DNA of 32,000 nucleotides from Mucisphaera calidilacus (GCF_007748075.1 NZ_CP036280.1:600001-632000), one strand, 5' to 3'; shown: positions 1-9,615, numbered from the stretch's first letter. Numbers and translations: made by a program. The notes: generated from the sequence alone by a model not told the origin.

Positions 1-770
1 AGCCCTTCTTCCTCTACCTCCCGCTCCCCTCGCCGCACACCCCCCACGTCCCCCGCGAACCCTTCCAGGGCACCAGCGAATGCGGCGCCTACGGCGACTA
101 CGTCGTCGAGCACGACTGGTCCATCGGACGCGTCCTCGAAACACTCGAACGATCCGGACTCGCCGACGACACACTCGTCATCGTCACCTCCGACAACGGT
201 GCCCACATCCGCGGACAGGGCATGAAGGCCGACATGCCCTTCGACTTCGAGCAGCAGTACGGACATCGCTCCAACCACATCTACCGCGGACAGAAAACCG
301 ACGCGTGGGACGGCGGGCACCGAATCCCCTACATCGCTCGATGGCCAGGCGTCATCGAACCCGGATCCACCTGCGACCACCCCATCTGCCTCACCGACCT
401 CCTCGCCACCGTCGCCGAACTCCACGGCGAAGACCTGCCCGACGACGCCGGCGAAGACAGCCTCTCCACGCTCCCGCTCATGCACCAGCAACAACCCGGC
501 AGCGGACGACAGGCCATCGTGCACCACAGCGGAGGCGGCGAATTCGCCATCCGGCAAGGCAACTGGAAACTCATCGACTGCCCCGGCTCAGGCGGGTGGT
601 CCATGCCCCCCGGCAAGGTCCCCGACGACGCGCCACCACGACAACTCTACAACCTCGACAACGACATCGAAGAACAACACAACCTCATCGGACAACACCC
701 CGACGTCGAACAACGACTCCTCACGCTCCTCGATCAGTACAAGACCAACAACCGGAGCGTCGACCGCTGA
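1..770 (+). CDS. Sulfatase (arylsulfatase family), C-terminal part; 5' end lies outside the window
   Basis: Frame 3 is open from nt 3 (PFFLYLPLPSPHTPHVP...) and runs into the listed 222..770 ORF. Motifs GGHRIPYIARWPG, ICLTDLLATV and LYNLDNDIEEQHNL are typical of the C-terminal half of type I sulfatases. Confidence 0.85.
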   Translation, partial: PFFLYLPLPSPHTPHVPREPFQGTSECGAYGDYVVEHDWSIGRVLETLERSGLADDTLVIVTSDNGAHIRGQGMKADMPFDFEQQYGHRSNHIYRGQKTDAWDGGHRIPYIARWPGVIEPGSTCDHPICLTDLLATVAELHGEDLPDDAGEDSLSTLPLMHQQQPGSGRQAIVHHSGGGEFAIRQGNWKLIDCPGSGGWSMPPGKVPDDAPPRQLYNLDNDIEEQHNLIGQHPDVEQRLLTLLDQYKTNNRSVDR

Positions 771-851
771 CCACAACACCACCCCGAGGCCCGCGCATCA
801 GCCAGACCCCGCCCACAGAATCCCGCATCGATCTCTAGCGATGCCGACGGC

Positions 852-2078
852 TCACGCGTACGACGACCCACCCTCTTCGCCACGCTCCGCACGGGCCTTC
901 TTCCGCTCACGCCCGAGCTGCTTGATCACGCCGCTCTTCCGCAGCGCCGCCAACGGGTCCTTCTCCAGTTTCTGACCCTTCCGCCACGCCTCCAGCGCAG
1001 GCGATACGTCGGTATCAAACGCCGACTTGAGCAGCACCTCCGCGCCCGTGATGTCCCCCTTCGCCTGCGCCCTGGCCAACGCCTCGCGGTCCACAATCTG
1101 CGCCTTCACAAAAAGCTTCTGCGCCTCGCACACCGTCTGCACCATCGCCTCGAGCTTCGGCTTGAGGTTGTGCGACTGGTCCACCATGTAATCCACAGGC
1201 GTCGAGCCCGGCGCCTTCTTCGCTTCGAACTCAAACTGCGCAATCTCGTTGAAGATCCGGAACACCGCATAAGGATCGATGCTCCCCAGCGTCAGGTCGT
1301 CGTCCGCGTACTTGCGATCGTTGAAGTGGAACCCGCCCAGACGGCCCTCGTTCAGCAGCAACGCCACGATCTGCTCGATGTTGCAGCCCGGCAGGTGATG
1401 CCCCGTGTCCACCAGAACCTTCGCCTGCGGACCCGCGTGCTGACACAGCAGCAGCGACGCACCCCAGTCCGGAATGTCCGTGTGATAGAACGCCGGCTCG
1501 AACGGCTTGTACTCGATCAGCAGCTTCGCCCCACGCCACGAACGACCCATCTTCAGGTGCAGCTGCTTCATCGCATCCTTCAGATCGTTGAAACGCCGAC
1601 GGATGTTGTCCTGTCCCGGGTAGTTCGTCCCGTCCGCCAGCCACATCGAGATCGACTTCGAACCCACCGCCGCACCCAGCGCGACCGAGTCCAGCGTGTG
1701 ATCCATCGCCGACTGACGCGCCGAAGCATCCGGCGAGCAGAACGAACCGAGCTTGTACGCCTGGTCCTGGAACACGTTCGGGTTGATGCTCCCGATCTTC
1801 ACGCCGTGCTTCCGCGCCAGACGCCGGGTCGTCTTCGCAGAAGCAGGGTCGGTCGGATCATCAAAGTCCCACAGCACATGCACCGCCACCGTCGGGCACG
1901 CGCCCGTCAACGCGTTCACCAGACCCGCGTCGTGCAGCTTCTCCTCCAGCGTCGAGGCCGCCGCGTCCTGCATGAACTTCCCGAAACGCGTCCCGGTGTT
2001 CGCAAAACCCCACGACGGCAACTCAATACGAAAACGATCCAGGGCCTCAATCGCCTTGGCCTTCTGCTTACGGTTCAC
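852..2078 (-). CDS. rhaI: L-rhamnose isomerase-type sugar isomerase (xylose-isomerase-like TIM barrel, RhaI type)
   Basis: 408-aa ORF. The N-terminus RFRIELPSWGFANTGTRFGKF and the overall length match the non-E.coli RhaI class as I recall it. It lies 22 nt downstream of a rhamnulokinase gene on the same strand. Confidence 0.7.
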   Translation of the reverse strand: MNRKQKAKAIEALDRFRIELPSWGFANTGTRFGKFMQDAAASTLEEKLHDAGLVNALTGACPTVAVHVLWDFDDPTDPASAKTTRRLARKHGVKIGSINPNVFQDQAYKLGSFCSPDASARQSAMDHTLDSVALGAAVGSKSISMWLADGTNYPGQDNIRRRFNDLKDAMKQLHLKMGRSWRGAKLLIEYKPFEPAFYHTDIPDWGASLLLCQHAGPQAKVLVDTGHHLPGCNIEQIVALLLNEGRLGGFHFNDRKYADDDLTLGSIDPYAVFRIFNEIAQFEFEAKKAPGSTPVDYMVDQSHNLKPKLEAMVQTVCEAQKLFVKAQIVDREALARAQAKGDITGAEVLLKSAFDTDVSPALEAWRKGQKLEKDPLAALRKSGVIKQLGRERKKARAERGEEGGSSYA

Positions 2079-2100
2079 GATCAGACTCCCATTTCAGGTT

Positions 2101-3609
2101 TCAGTTTCGGACACACGCCGGCAACGAGGCGTAACGCTCGGCCGCCGCCGACCAGTCACCCCGGATGCCCGCCTCGGGCTCGTAACGCCTCGGCGAAACC
2201 GTCGCGTTCACCACACGACGCATCGCCGCAAGATCCTCAAGATGCCCCGTCCCCATCGCCTGCGTCAGCAGGTTCCCCATCGCCGTCGCCTCGTCGGGGC
2301 CCGCCACCATCACACAACCCGTCGCCGCCGTCGTCATCTCGTTGAGCAGGATGTTCCGGCCGCCGCCACCCACGATGTGCAGCACGTCAAACGAACGCCC
2401 CAGAACATCACCCAGACGCTCAAGCGTCGCCTTGTACTCCAACGCGAGGCTCTCGAACGTGCAACGCACCACCGCGCCGATCGACTCCGGCACCGGCTGC
2501 GACGTCTGCGCCGCATACGCCCGGATCTTGTCGATCATCCCGCCCGGCTCCGCGAACACCGGGTCGTTCACCGGCATCAGCGTCGGCAGCGGGTCCGCCG
2601 CCGCGGCGAGATCCTCAAGCTCGATGTAATTGAAGGTCTGCCCCTCACGCTCGAGCTGACGACGCACCTCCTGCACCAGCCACAACCCGCCAATGTTCTT
2701 CAGAAACCGCACCGTCCCGCACACACCCAGCTCGTTCGTGAACGGCGCCGCAGCCGAAGCATCCGTGATGCAAGGCGAATCCAACTCCGCGCCCAGCAGC
2801 GACCACGTCCCGCTCGACAGGTAACACCAGTTCGTACCCGGGTCCGCGGGAACCGCCGCCACCGCCGAAGCCGTGTCGTGCGTCGGCGGAGCCACCACAC
2901 GCACCGAAGGGTCCAGCCCCGTCGCCTGAGCAACCGACGCCGTCAACGTCCCCACCGTGTCGCCCGCGTCGATCATCGAACCCAGCGGGCCCGTCGGCAG
3001 ACCCAGACGCTCCAGCAACGCGTGACTCCAGTCACCCGTCCGAACGTCCACCATCTGACTCGTCGACGCGTTCGTCCGCTCCGTCGTCATCACGCCAGTC
3101 AGCAGCCAGTGAAACAGGTCCGGCATGAACATCAGACGGCACGACTCCTCGAAGACCGCATCGTCCTGCTCCACCCGCGACACATACTGGTACAGCGAGT
3201 TCAGCGGCATGTGCTGAATACCCGTCGCCTCGTAGATCGCTCGCGCCCCGATCCGACCCTGAACACGCTCGAACGCGTCCGCAAACACAGGGTCCCGGTA
3301 GCAACGCGGCAGCCCCAGCATCACGCCGCTCTCCGACACCAGCGCCCAGTCCACACCCCACGTGTCCACGCCCACACTCTCCGGCCGCAGACCCGCCTCC
3401 GCCGCGTAATCACACGCCGCGCGCAGACCGTCCAGAATCGAACGCCACAGACCCGTGAAATCCCAGCACAGACCCGCGGGCGTCGGCACCGGCAGGTGGC
3501 GAAAACGGTGAACCTCCTCCAGCGACAGCTTCCCGTCGCTCAGCACCCCGACAATCACACGGCCCGATTCCGCACCCAGATCGACCGCGATATGCACACT
3601 GGTTTCCAT
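2101..3609 (-). CDS. rhaB: Rhamnulokinase (FGGY carbohydrate kinase)
   Basis: N-terminus VHIAVDLGAESGRVIVG...EVHRF...CWD is the rhamnulokinase signature. It has FGGY-like length. The ATG at 3609 (METSVH) is preferred over the upstream TTG at 3636. It is adjacent to rhaI. Confidence 0.8.
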   Translation of the reverse strand: METSVHIAVDLGAESGRVIVGVLSDGKLSLEEVHRFRHLPVPTPAGLCWDFTGLWRSILDGLRAACDYAAEAGLRPESVGVDTWGVDWALVSESGVMLGLPRCYRDPVFADAFERVQGRIGARAIYEATGIQHMPLNSLYQYVSRVEQDDAVFEESCRLMFMPDLFHWLLTGVMTTERTNASTSQMVDVRTGDWSHALLERLGLPTGPLGSMIDAGDTVGTLTASVAQATGLDPSVRVVAPPTHDTASAVAAVPADPGTNWCYLSSGTWSLLGAELDSPCITDASAAAPFTNELGVCGTVRFLKNIGGLWLVQEVRRQLEREGQTFNYIELEDLAAAADPLPTLMPVNDPVFAEPGGMIDKIRAYAAQTSQPVPESIGAVVRCTFESLALEYKATLERLGDVLGRSFDVLHIVGGGGRNILLNEMTTAATGCVMVAGPDEATAMGNLLTQAMGTGHLEDLAAMRRVVNATVSPRRYEPEAGIRGDWSAAAERYASLPACVRN

Positions 3610-3748
3610 GAAAGACTCTCGAAACAACGCCCACAAAACGGGATCACCAACAGAAGACGAACGACCCTGAAACTAGCAGATTACACACAGCTATGCTGAT
3701 AGAGTGGCAGCGAATCAGACAACCCCCTGAGCAGAACGGGTCACCATC

Positions 3749-5068
3749 ATGAGCAGCCTGGAACCCCACGACGTCACCTTCCGCTACGACCGCGGACACA
3801 TCACCCTCAGGCTCCCCCCGAACGCCGACATCCTCACCGCGCCCGGTGCCCCGCCCCTGCCCGACCCGCAGCAGGCCCTGCGCGATGCGCTCCAGAACCC
3901 CATCGGCTCCCAACCCCTCGCCGACGTCGCCCGCGACCGCAACCCCCGAAACGTCGTCATCACCATCAGCGACATCACCCGCCCGGTCCCCAACGAGCCG
4001 ATCATCCGCGCCATCCTCGACGAACTCGCCAGCGCCGACGTCACACCCGACCGGGTCACCATCCTCGTCGCCACCGGCATGCACCGGCCCTCCACCCCCG
4101 AAGAACGCGTGATCATGCTCGGCGAAGAACTCGCCAACACCCTCCGCATCGTCGACCACGTCGCCGACGACGCCTCCTCACTCACACGCGTCAGCGACGA
4201 CCCGCCCGTCAGCGTCAACAGCCTCTACCTCGAAGCCGACCTCAAGATCGTCACCGGCCTGATCGAGCCGCACTTCATGGCCGGGTACTCCGGCGGACGC
4301 AAGGGCATCTGCCCCGGGATCGTCGACCTCGCGACCATCAGCCGCTTCCACGGCTACGCAACCATGTCCAACCGAAACTCCGCGGAGGGCATCCTCGACG
4401 GCAATCCCTGCCACGCAGAGGGGCTGCGCGTCGCACGCATCGCCGGTTGCGACTTCCTGGTCAACTGCGCCATCGACGACGAACGCCGACTCGTCGCGCT
4501 CTACGCAGGAGATATCGAGGAGGCACACGACGTCGGGTGCGCGGAAGTAGGGCGGTTCAACAGCGCCACCATCGATGAGCCTTACGACCTGGTGGTGACC
4601 TGCGCGGGCGGCTATCCGCTCGACGAATCGTTCTATCAGACGGTCAAAGGCATGGTGACAGCGCTCCCCGCGTTGCGCGAAAAGAGCACGCTCGTGATCG
4701 CCTCCCGTTGCGCCGAAGTCGGATCAGCAACCTACCACGAACTCATGCTCGAATACGAGGATAACTGGGAGGGGTTCCTGCGGGATATCGCGGGTCGGGA
4801 CACCATCATCAAGGATCAGTGGGAGTTCCAGATGCAGACCCGTGTCCTGGAACGTGTTGGAAAACAAGGGCTTATGCTGGCATCGGACGGGATGGCGGAG
4901 ACCGACCTCAGCCGCCTGTGCGTGACGCCGCTGGCCGGCGCGGGTGACGTGGCAGATCGGGTGCAAGCCTTTATAGATCAGTATGTTGCGGACCATCCCG
5001 ACGCGCGGGTGGCAGCCATCCCCGAGGGGCCCTACACCATGATCCGCCGGGCGGTCCCGGTCGGCTGA
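3749..5068 (+). CDS. LarA-like (nickel-pincer lactate racemase family / DUF2088) protein
   Basis: 439-aa ORF with ITISDITRPVPNE, ATGMHRP and GLIEPHFMAGYSGGRKG motifs characteristic of the LarA N-terminal domain family. Confidence 0.7.
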   Translation: MSSLEPHDVTFRYDRGHITLRLPPNADILTAPGAPPLPDPQQALRDALQNPIGSQPLADVARDRNPRNVVITISDITRPVPNEPIIRAILDELASADVTPDRVTILVATGMHRPSTPEERVIMLGEELANTLRIVDHVADDASSLTRVSDDPPVSVNSLYLEADLKIVTGLIEPHFMAGYSGGRKGICPGIVDLATISRFHGYATMSNRNSAEGILDGNPCHAEGLRVARIAGCDFLVNCAIDDERRLVALYAGDIEEAHDVGCAEVGRFNSATIDEPYDLVVTCAGGYPLDESFYQTVKGMVTALPALREKSTLVIASRCAEVGSATYHELMLEYEDNWEGFLRDIAGRDTIIKDQWEFQMQTRVLERVGKQGLMLASDGMAETDLSRLCVTPLAGAGDVADRVQAFIDQYVADHPDARVAAIPEGPYTMIRRAVPVG

Positions 5069-5110
5069 AACGCCCCCTCCCGACAACCGGCGAAGTAACC
5101 GGCGAAGAAA

Positions 5111-5184
5111 AGGCCGCGGTGGGATTCGAACCCACGAATCGCGGATTTGCAATCCGCTCCCTTAGTCCACTCGGGCACGCGGCC
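5111..5184 (-). tRNA. tRNA-Cys (anticodon GCA); 3' CCA not encoded
   Basis: Minus-strand sequence GGCCGCGTGCCCGAGTGGACTAAGGGAGCGGATTGCAAATCCGCGATTCGTGGGTTCGAATCCCACCGCGGCCT folds as a cloverleaf. Acceptor stem is 7 bp (GGCCGCG/CGCGGCC). Anticodon stem is GCGGA/TCCGC with loop TTGCAAA. T arm is GTGGG-TTCGAAT-CCCAC. Total 74 nt. Confidence 0.9.
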
Positions 5185-5223
5185 GTGACAAGCCCCGCAT
5201 CATAGCCGATTACCGCCCCCCAT

Positions 5224-6080
5224 TCACTTCGGGAACAACAACTGAAACTGCAGCCGCAGCGACCAGTCCGCGCCCAGATCAGGCTTGACCGCGTTGTAAT
5301 ACGCCTGAACGCTCACGTTCACCGGCAGCTTGCCCAGACGCAGAATCTTCCCCCCGCCGCCGCCCACCGGAACCACCCACCGGTCTCCCGAACCCGCCGA
5401 CCAGTTCCCCGTGATGATCGGAGCCGTCACCAGATAGAAACCGCCCGGCAGGTTGTAGTTCACGAACGGCTGGATCAGCGTCTGGTTCACACTCGCACGG
5501 TCGCGGTCGCCCGCGAACGACCAGATGTGCCGGAACAAACCGCCCGCCACCAGCGGACCCTCCGAAACCAGCACCACCACGCTCGGACCGGCACTCCACT
5601 TCTTGCTCCCCAGCAACGAATCCGTCGCCGTCGGGACCGCCACCGCCGGACCCGCGCCCCAGATCACCCGCCCGAGTTCTTGGGCGAAAAGAACGCCGTG
5701 AAATTCACGTCACCCAGACCGAACTCCGAATCCCCGCCGCCCGGCGCCAACTCAGGCAGGCCCGCCGTCGTGTCCGGAATGTAGATCACCGGCAGAATCG
5801 TCCGCGTGATCAGATTCCAGTCCTCCGAAATCGAGACCGGAATCACCGGCTGGATGTTCAGCACGTTCGCCGTCTTGTTCCCCGACACACCCGCACCAAA
5901 ATGCGTGTTGTTCTGGAACGGCAGGCTGATCAGGTCCGCCACCGGATTCTGCGTCTGCTTCGCCAGACGCGACGCCTCATCCTCCGCAGCACCCTCCAGC
6001 GCATCCTGACCCCAGCCCGCACCGCTCAGAACCAACACCACCAACGCAGACACAAGAAGACGCATGACGATTCCTCTCAA
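5224..6080 (-). pseudogene. Outer-membrane beta-barrel 'transporter'-type protein split by a 1-nt frameshift (two ORFs, 5664..6080 and 5224..5667)
   Basis: The upstream ORF has a signal peptide (MRLLVSALVVLVLSGAGWG) and ends ...FFSPKNSGG*. The downstream ORF continues (V)IWGAGPAVAVPTATDSLLGSKKW..., as a single protein does in this family. The junction is at the G-run ggcgggtga (about 5664-5672). Confidence 0.6.
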
Positions 6081-6131
6081 CGAGAACCGCAGCCTGTCTA
6101 CCCGATACCCCCCGGCAAACCCGCCCTCAAA

Positions 6132-7091
6132 TCAGTTGTTCAGATCAGCAAACATCGCCGTCGACAAGTAACGCTCGCCGAAGCTGCAACCGATCGTCAC
6201 GATCGTCTTGCCCGCGTACTCAGGCATCGACGCCACCTTGCACGCCGCCGCCACGTTCGCGCCCGTGCTGATCCCGCCGAACAACGCCTCCTCCGTCGCC
6301 ACGCGACGACCCCACGCAAACGCCTCCTCGTTCGTGACCTTCACCACGTCATCCACGATCGCTCGGTTCAGGTTCTTCGGAACAAACCCCGCACCAATCC
6401 CCTGAATCTTGTGCGGACCCGGCTCGCCACCCGAAATCACAGGCGACGCCTCCGGCTCCACCGCGATGCACTTCACCGAATCCTTCTGCTCCTTCAGGTA
6501 ACGACCCGCACCCGAGATCGTCCCGCCCGTCCCCACGCCCGCCACCAGCACATCAACCTTCCCGTCCGTATCCGCCCAGATCTCCGGGCCCGTCGTCTTG
6601 TGGTGCACCTCCGGGTTCGCCGGGTTCTCAAACTGCTGCGGCATCCACGCGTTGTCATGCGTCGCCACCAACTCCGTCGCCTTCGCGATCGCACCCTTCA
6701 TCCCCTCCGCCGCAGGCGTCAACTCCAGGTTGGCACCCAACGCCTTGAGCAACGCACGACGCTCCAGACTCATCGACTCGGGCATCGTCAGCGTCAGCTT
6801 GTAACCCCGCGCCGCACAGATAAACGCCAACGCGATCCCCGTGTTCCCCGACGTCGGCTCGATAATGTGCGTCTCCTGCGTCACCGCCCCCGACGCCTCG
6901 CCCGCCTCGATCATCGCACGACCGATCCGGTCCTTCACCGACGCCATCGGGTTGAAGAACTCACACTTCACCAGAATGTTCGCGCCCTCAGGCATAACAC
7001 GGTTCAGCTTCACCAGAGGCGTGTTGAACACCGTCTCGGCCATGTTCGCGTAAGTCCGTCGGTGAAGCAGGTGCGCAGATGCCATCGTCAT
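6132..7091 (-). CDS. cysK: Cysteine synthase A (O-acetylserine sulfhydrylase)
   Basis: TPLVKLNR, PLP-lysine motif SVKDR, SGNTGIALA, GVGTGGTISG and KIQGIGAGFVP are present. The ATG at 7091 is preferred over the long Cys-rich upstream extension to 7187. Confidence 0.9.
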   Translation of the reverse strand: MTMASAHLLHRRTYANMAETVFNTPLVKLNRVMPEGANILVKCEFFNPMASVKDRIGRAMIEAGEASGAVTQETHIIEPTSGNTGIALAFICAARGYKLTLTMPESMSLERRALLKALGANLELTPAAEGMKGAIAKATELVATHDNAWMPQQFENPANPEVHHKTTGPEIWADTDGKVDVLVAGVGTGGTISGAGRYLKEQKDSVKCIAVEPEASPVISGGEPGPHKIQGIGAGFVPKNLNRAIVDDVVKVTNEEAFAWGRRVATEEALFGGISTGANVAAACKVASMPEYAGKTIVTIGCSFGERYLSTAMFADLNN

Positions 7092-7216
7092 TAGGTCAGC
7101 TCCAGTCAGGTGATCAACGTCTTCCCGTAATACAGCTAAACCAGATCCTAGACACCTCACCCCCGAACGACAACAACAACACGCCAACCGCCAACACCAA
7201 CCCCTAAACTACCGCC

Positions 7217-8638
7217 ATGAGCACCAAACCCAACTGGCGCAGAAGGGTCTTCCGCTCCCTCCTCCTCGTCCTCCTGCTCGTCCCGCTCGGCTACTGGGCC
7301 ACCCTCTACGTCAGCCAACGCGGCATGATCTTCCCCGGCATGTTCAAGCCCGAACACCGGGATATGAACCCGCCACCCGACATCAACGCACAGGTCGTCT
7401 GGATCGACACCGACGCCGGACCCGTCGAGGGCTGGCTCTTCCCCGGCAAAGGCCGATCCGCCGAAAACCCCGGCCCCGCCATCCTCTACGCCCATGGCAA
7501 CTTCGAAATCATCCAGCTCTGCTTCCAGCACGCGCGATGGTACGCCGACCACGGCATCACCACCCTCATGATGGAATACCGCGGCTACGGACGATCCGCC
7601 GGCAAACCCTCCGAGGCCGCCGCTCGCGCCGACGGCGTCGCCTTCTACGACCTCCTCGCCGCACGACCCGAAGTCGACCCCCAACGCATCGCCTTCCACG
7701 GACGATCACTCGGCGGAGGCGTCGTCTGCGCCATCGCTCGCGACCGAAAACCCGACGCACTCATCCTCGAATCCGCCTTCGCCACCATCCGCGACATCGC
7801 CGTCGCCATGTACGCGCCCGGTTTCCTCGTCGCACACCCCTTCGACAACCACGAGGTCCTCGCCACCTACGACGGTCCCGTCCTCCTCGCCCATGGCAAC
7901 CAGGACGCCGTCATCCCCTACAAACACGCCGAGCGTAACCGCAGCACCGCAACCAACGCACGACTCATCACCTACCCGGGCATCGGACACGAACTCGACC
8001 CCGTCCACCCCCAGTGGCACCGCGAAATCCTTAACTTCCTCGCCGAACTCGACTGGATCGAGAACCCCGCTAAACTCAACACGCACGGGAACCCCCTAAC
8101 CAACACACCTGGAGACCGACCCATGACCGAACGCGCCGCCGCCGTCACCCTCAAAGGCAACCCCATGACACTCTTAGGCGACGAACTCAGCGTCGGCGAC
8201 ACGGCCCCCGCCTTCAGCCTCGTCGCCAACGATATGTCCGCAAAAACACTCGACGACTACGCCGGCAAGGTCAAGATCATCTCCGTCGTCCCCTCGCTCG
8301 ACACCGCCGTCTGCGACGTCGAAACACGACGCTTCAACACCGAAGCCGCATCCCTGGGCGACAACATCGTCATCCTCACCGTCTCCATCGACACGCCCTT
8401 CGCCCAGAAACGATGGTGCGGAGCCGCAGGCGTCGACAAGGTCGAAACCCTCTCCGACTTCAAAGACCACGCCTTCGGAACCGACTACGGCGTACGCATC
8501 AAGGAAGCCGGCATCCTCGCCAGGCAAGTCTTCGTCCTCGACAAGAACAACAAGATCGTCCACGCACAACTCGTCAAGGAAGTCGCCGAGGAACCCGACT
8601 ACGACGCCATCCTCAACGCCGCCAAAGCCGCGCTCTGA
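7217..8638 (+). CDS. Single 473-aa ORF: N-terminal membrane anchor + alpha/beta hydrolase domain, fused in frame to a complete thiol peroxidase (Tpx) module
   Basis: Hydrolase part: TM helix LLLVLLLVPLGYWATLYV, nucleophile elbow HGRSLGG, and later D (GNQDAVIP) and H (GIGHELD). No stop codon occurs before the Tpx part. Confidence 0.7.
   Translation: MSTKPNWRRRVFRSLLLVLLLVPLGYWATLYVSQRGMIFPGMFKPEHRDMNPPPDINAQVVWIDTDAGPVEGWLFPGKGRSAENPGPAILYAHGNFEIIQLCFQHARWYADHGITTLMMEYRGYGRSAGKPSEAAARADGVAFYDLLAARPEVDPQRIAFHGRSLGGGVVCAIARDRKPDALILESAFATIRDIAVAMYAPGFLVAHPFDNHEVLATYDGPVLLAHGNQDAVIPYKHAERNRSTATNARLITYPGIGHELDPVHPQWHREILNFLAELDWIENPAKLNTHGNPLTNTPGDRPMTERAAAVTLKGNPMTLLGDELSVGDTAPAFSLVANDMSAKTLDDYAGKVKIISVVPSLDTAVCDVETRRFNTEAASLGDNIVILTVSIDTPFAQKRWCGAAGVDKVETLSDFKDHAFGTDYGVRIKEAGILARQVFVLDKNNKIVHAQLVKEVAEEPDYDAILNAAKAAL
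8123..8638 (+). CDS. tpx: Thiol peroxidase (Tpx) module; possible independent translation start inside the fusion ORF
   Basis: MTERAAAVTLKGNPMTLLG..., peroxidatic Cys in PSLDTAVCD and resolving Cys in FAQKRWCGA, 171 aa. GGAG at 8111-8114 lies about 8 nt upstream of the in-frame ATG at 8123. Confidence 0.8.
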   Translation: MTERAAAVTLKGNPMTLLGDELSVGDTAPAFSLVANDMSAKTLDDYAGKVKIISVVPSLDTAVCDVETRRFNTEAASLGDNIVILTVSIDTPFAQKRWCGAAGVDKVETLSDFKDHAFGTDYGVRIKEAGILARQVFVLDKNNKIVHAQLVKEVAEEPDYDAILNAAKAAL

Positions 8639-8723
8639 AGCCCGTGAAAAACACGTAATCAAATTACGGATCAGCCCGGCCCCTCGATACAATGAGGGCT
8701 TGCGAGCACCCGAAGGGAAACCC

Positions 8724-9566
8724 ATGCGCCCACGCCAAGCCTTCACACTCATCGAACTCCTCGTCGTCGTCAGCATCATCGCGCTGCTCATAGGCATCCT
8801 CCTACCCTCCCTCGCCGCCGCTCGCGCCTCCGCGAAGCAGACCCAGTGCATGTCCAACCTGCGGCAGATCGGCATCGCACTCGCCAGCTACGAGGTCTCC
8901 GAAAAAGCCTACCCCGCCATCTGGACCCACAACGTCCCCACCGGCTGGAAATCACGCATCGACACCTACCTCTCCGCACAGGCACTCGAACTCGACGAGA
9001 CCGTCATGCAGTGCCCCGCCGTCGACCACGACGAGCTCTACAACGCACCCTCCGACGTCGAACGCGGTTTCATCGCCGCCTCCTACGGCCTCAACGGAGC
9101 CCTCCAGCTCCCCCAGTGGTCCTACAAATCCGCCGTCGTCCCCAACCCCGCACAGATCGTCCTCGCCGGCGAACAACCCGTCGAAATCCTCGAAGCCATC
9201 ATCACCGCCGACGGCTACGGCGTCCTCGCCACACCCATCATCACCGGATGGTTCGCCTCCCCCAACCACCGCGCCGATCGCGCCGTCCGACACCTCCCCG
9301 ACGACGCCTGCCTCTTCGTCTTCGTCGATGGCCACGTCGACTGGCTCAACCTCCGACAGCAGCGACGCGACGCCGGACACTGGTACTGGTGGCCCGAAGA
9401 ACAGAACATCGAGATCGAAGGCGAAATCGATGACCTCCTCCCCGACCTCCCCGACAACGGCAACGGCGGCGAGCAGGGCGGCGGTTCCGGGGGCTCCGGC
9501 GGCTCCGGCGGCGGAAACTCACCCTTCCCCAACACCAGCCCCAACATCCCCGGCTGCGGCTGCTGA
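8724..9566 (+). CDS. Prepilin-type N-terminal cleavage/methylation domain protein (DUF1559-like pseudopilin) with a Gly/Ser-rich C-terminal tail
   Basis: MRPRQAFTLIELLVVVSIIALLIGILLPSL is the canonical prepilin leader plus hydrophobic helix. The later FVDGHVDWL motif is present. The tail is GGGSGGSGGSGGG...PGCGC. The ATG at 8724 is preferred over the TTG at 8700. Confidence 0.8.
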   Translation: MRPRQAFTLIELLVVVSIIALLIGILLPSLAAARASAKQTQCMSNLRQIGIALASYEVSEKAYPAIWTHNVPTGWKSRIDTYLSAQALELDETVMQCPAVDHDELYNAPSDVERGFIAASYGLNGALQLPQWSYKSAVVPNPAQIVLAGEQPVEILEAIITADGYGVLATPIITGWFASPNHRADRAVRHLPDDACLFVFVDGHVDWLNLRQQRRDAGHWYWWPEEQNIEIEGEIDDLLPDLPDNGNGGEQGGGSGGSGGSGGGNSPFPNTSPNIPGCGC

Positions 9567-9615
9567 TCCACACCCCCAATCGGCGACGGCCTCACGCCCG
9601 CTCGGGTGGCACATT

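Noticed and set aside
1170-3699. Plus-strand ORFs 1170..2345 (391 aa) and 1753..3699 (648 aa)
   Set aside because: They are Arg/His/Pro-rich shadow ORFs antisense to rhaI and rhaB. The same reasoning applies to 80..838, 5901..7094, 18877..19986, 20948..21889, 21547..22560, 26277..27545 and 29056..30015.
8654-8668. CGTAAT-caa-ATTACG palindrome after the tpx stop
   Set aside because: The stem is short and AT-rich with no T-run, which is too weak to call a terminator or operator.
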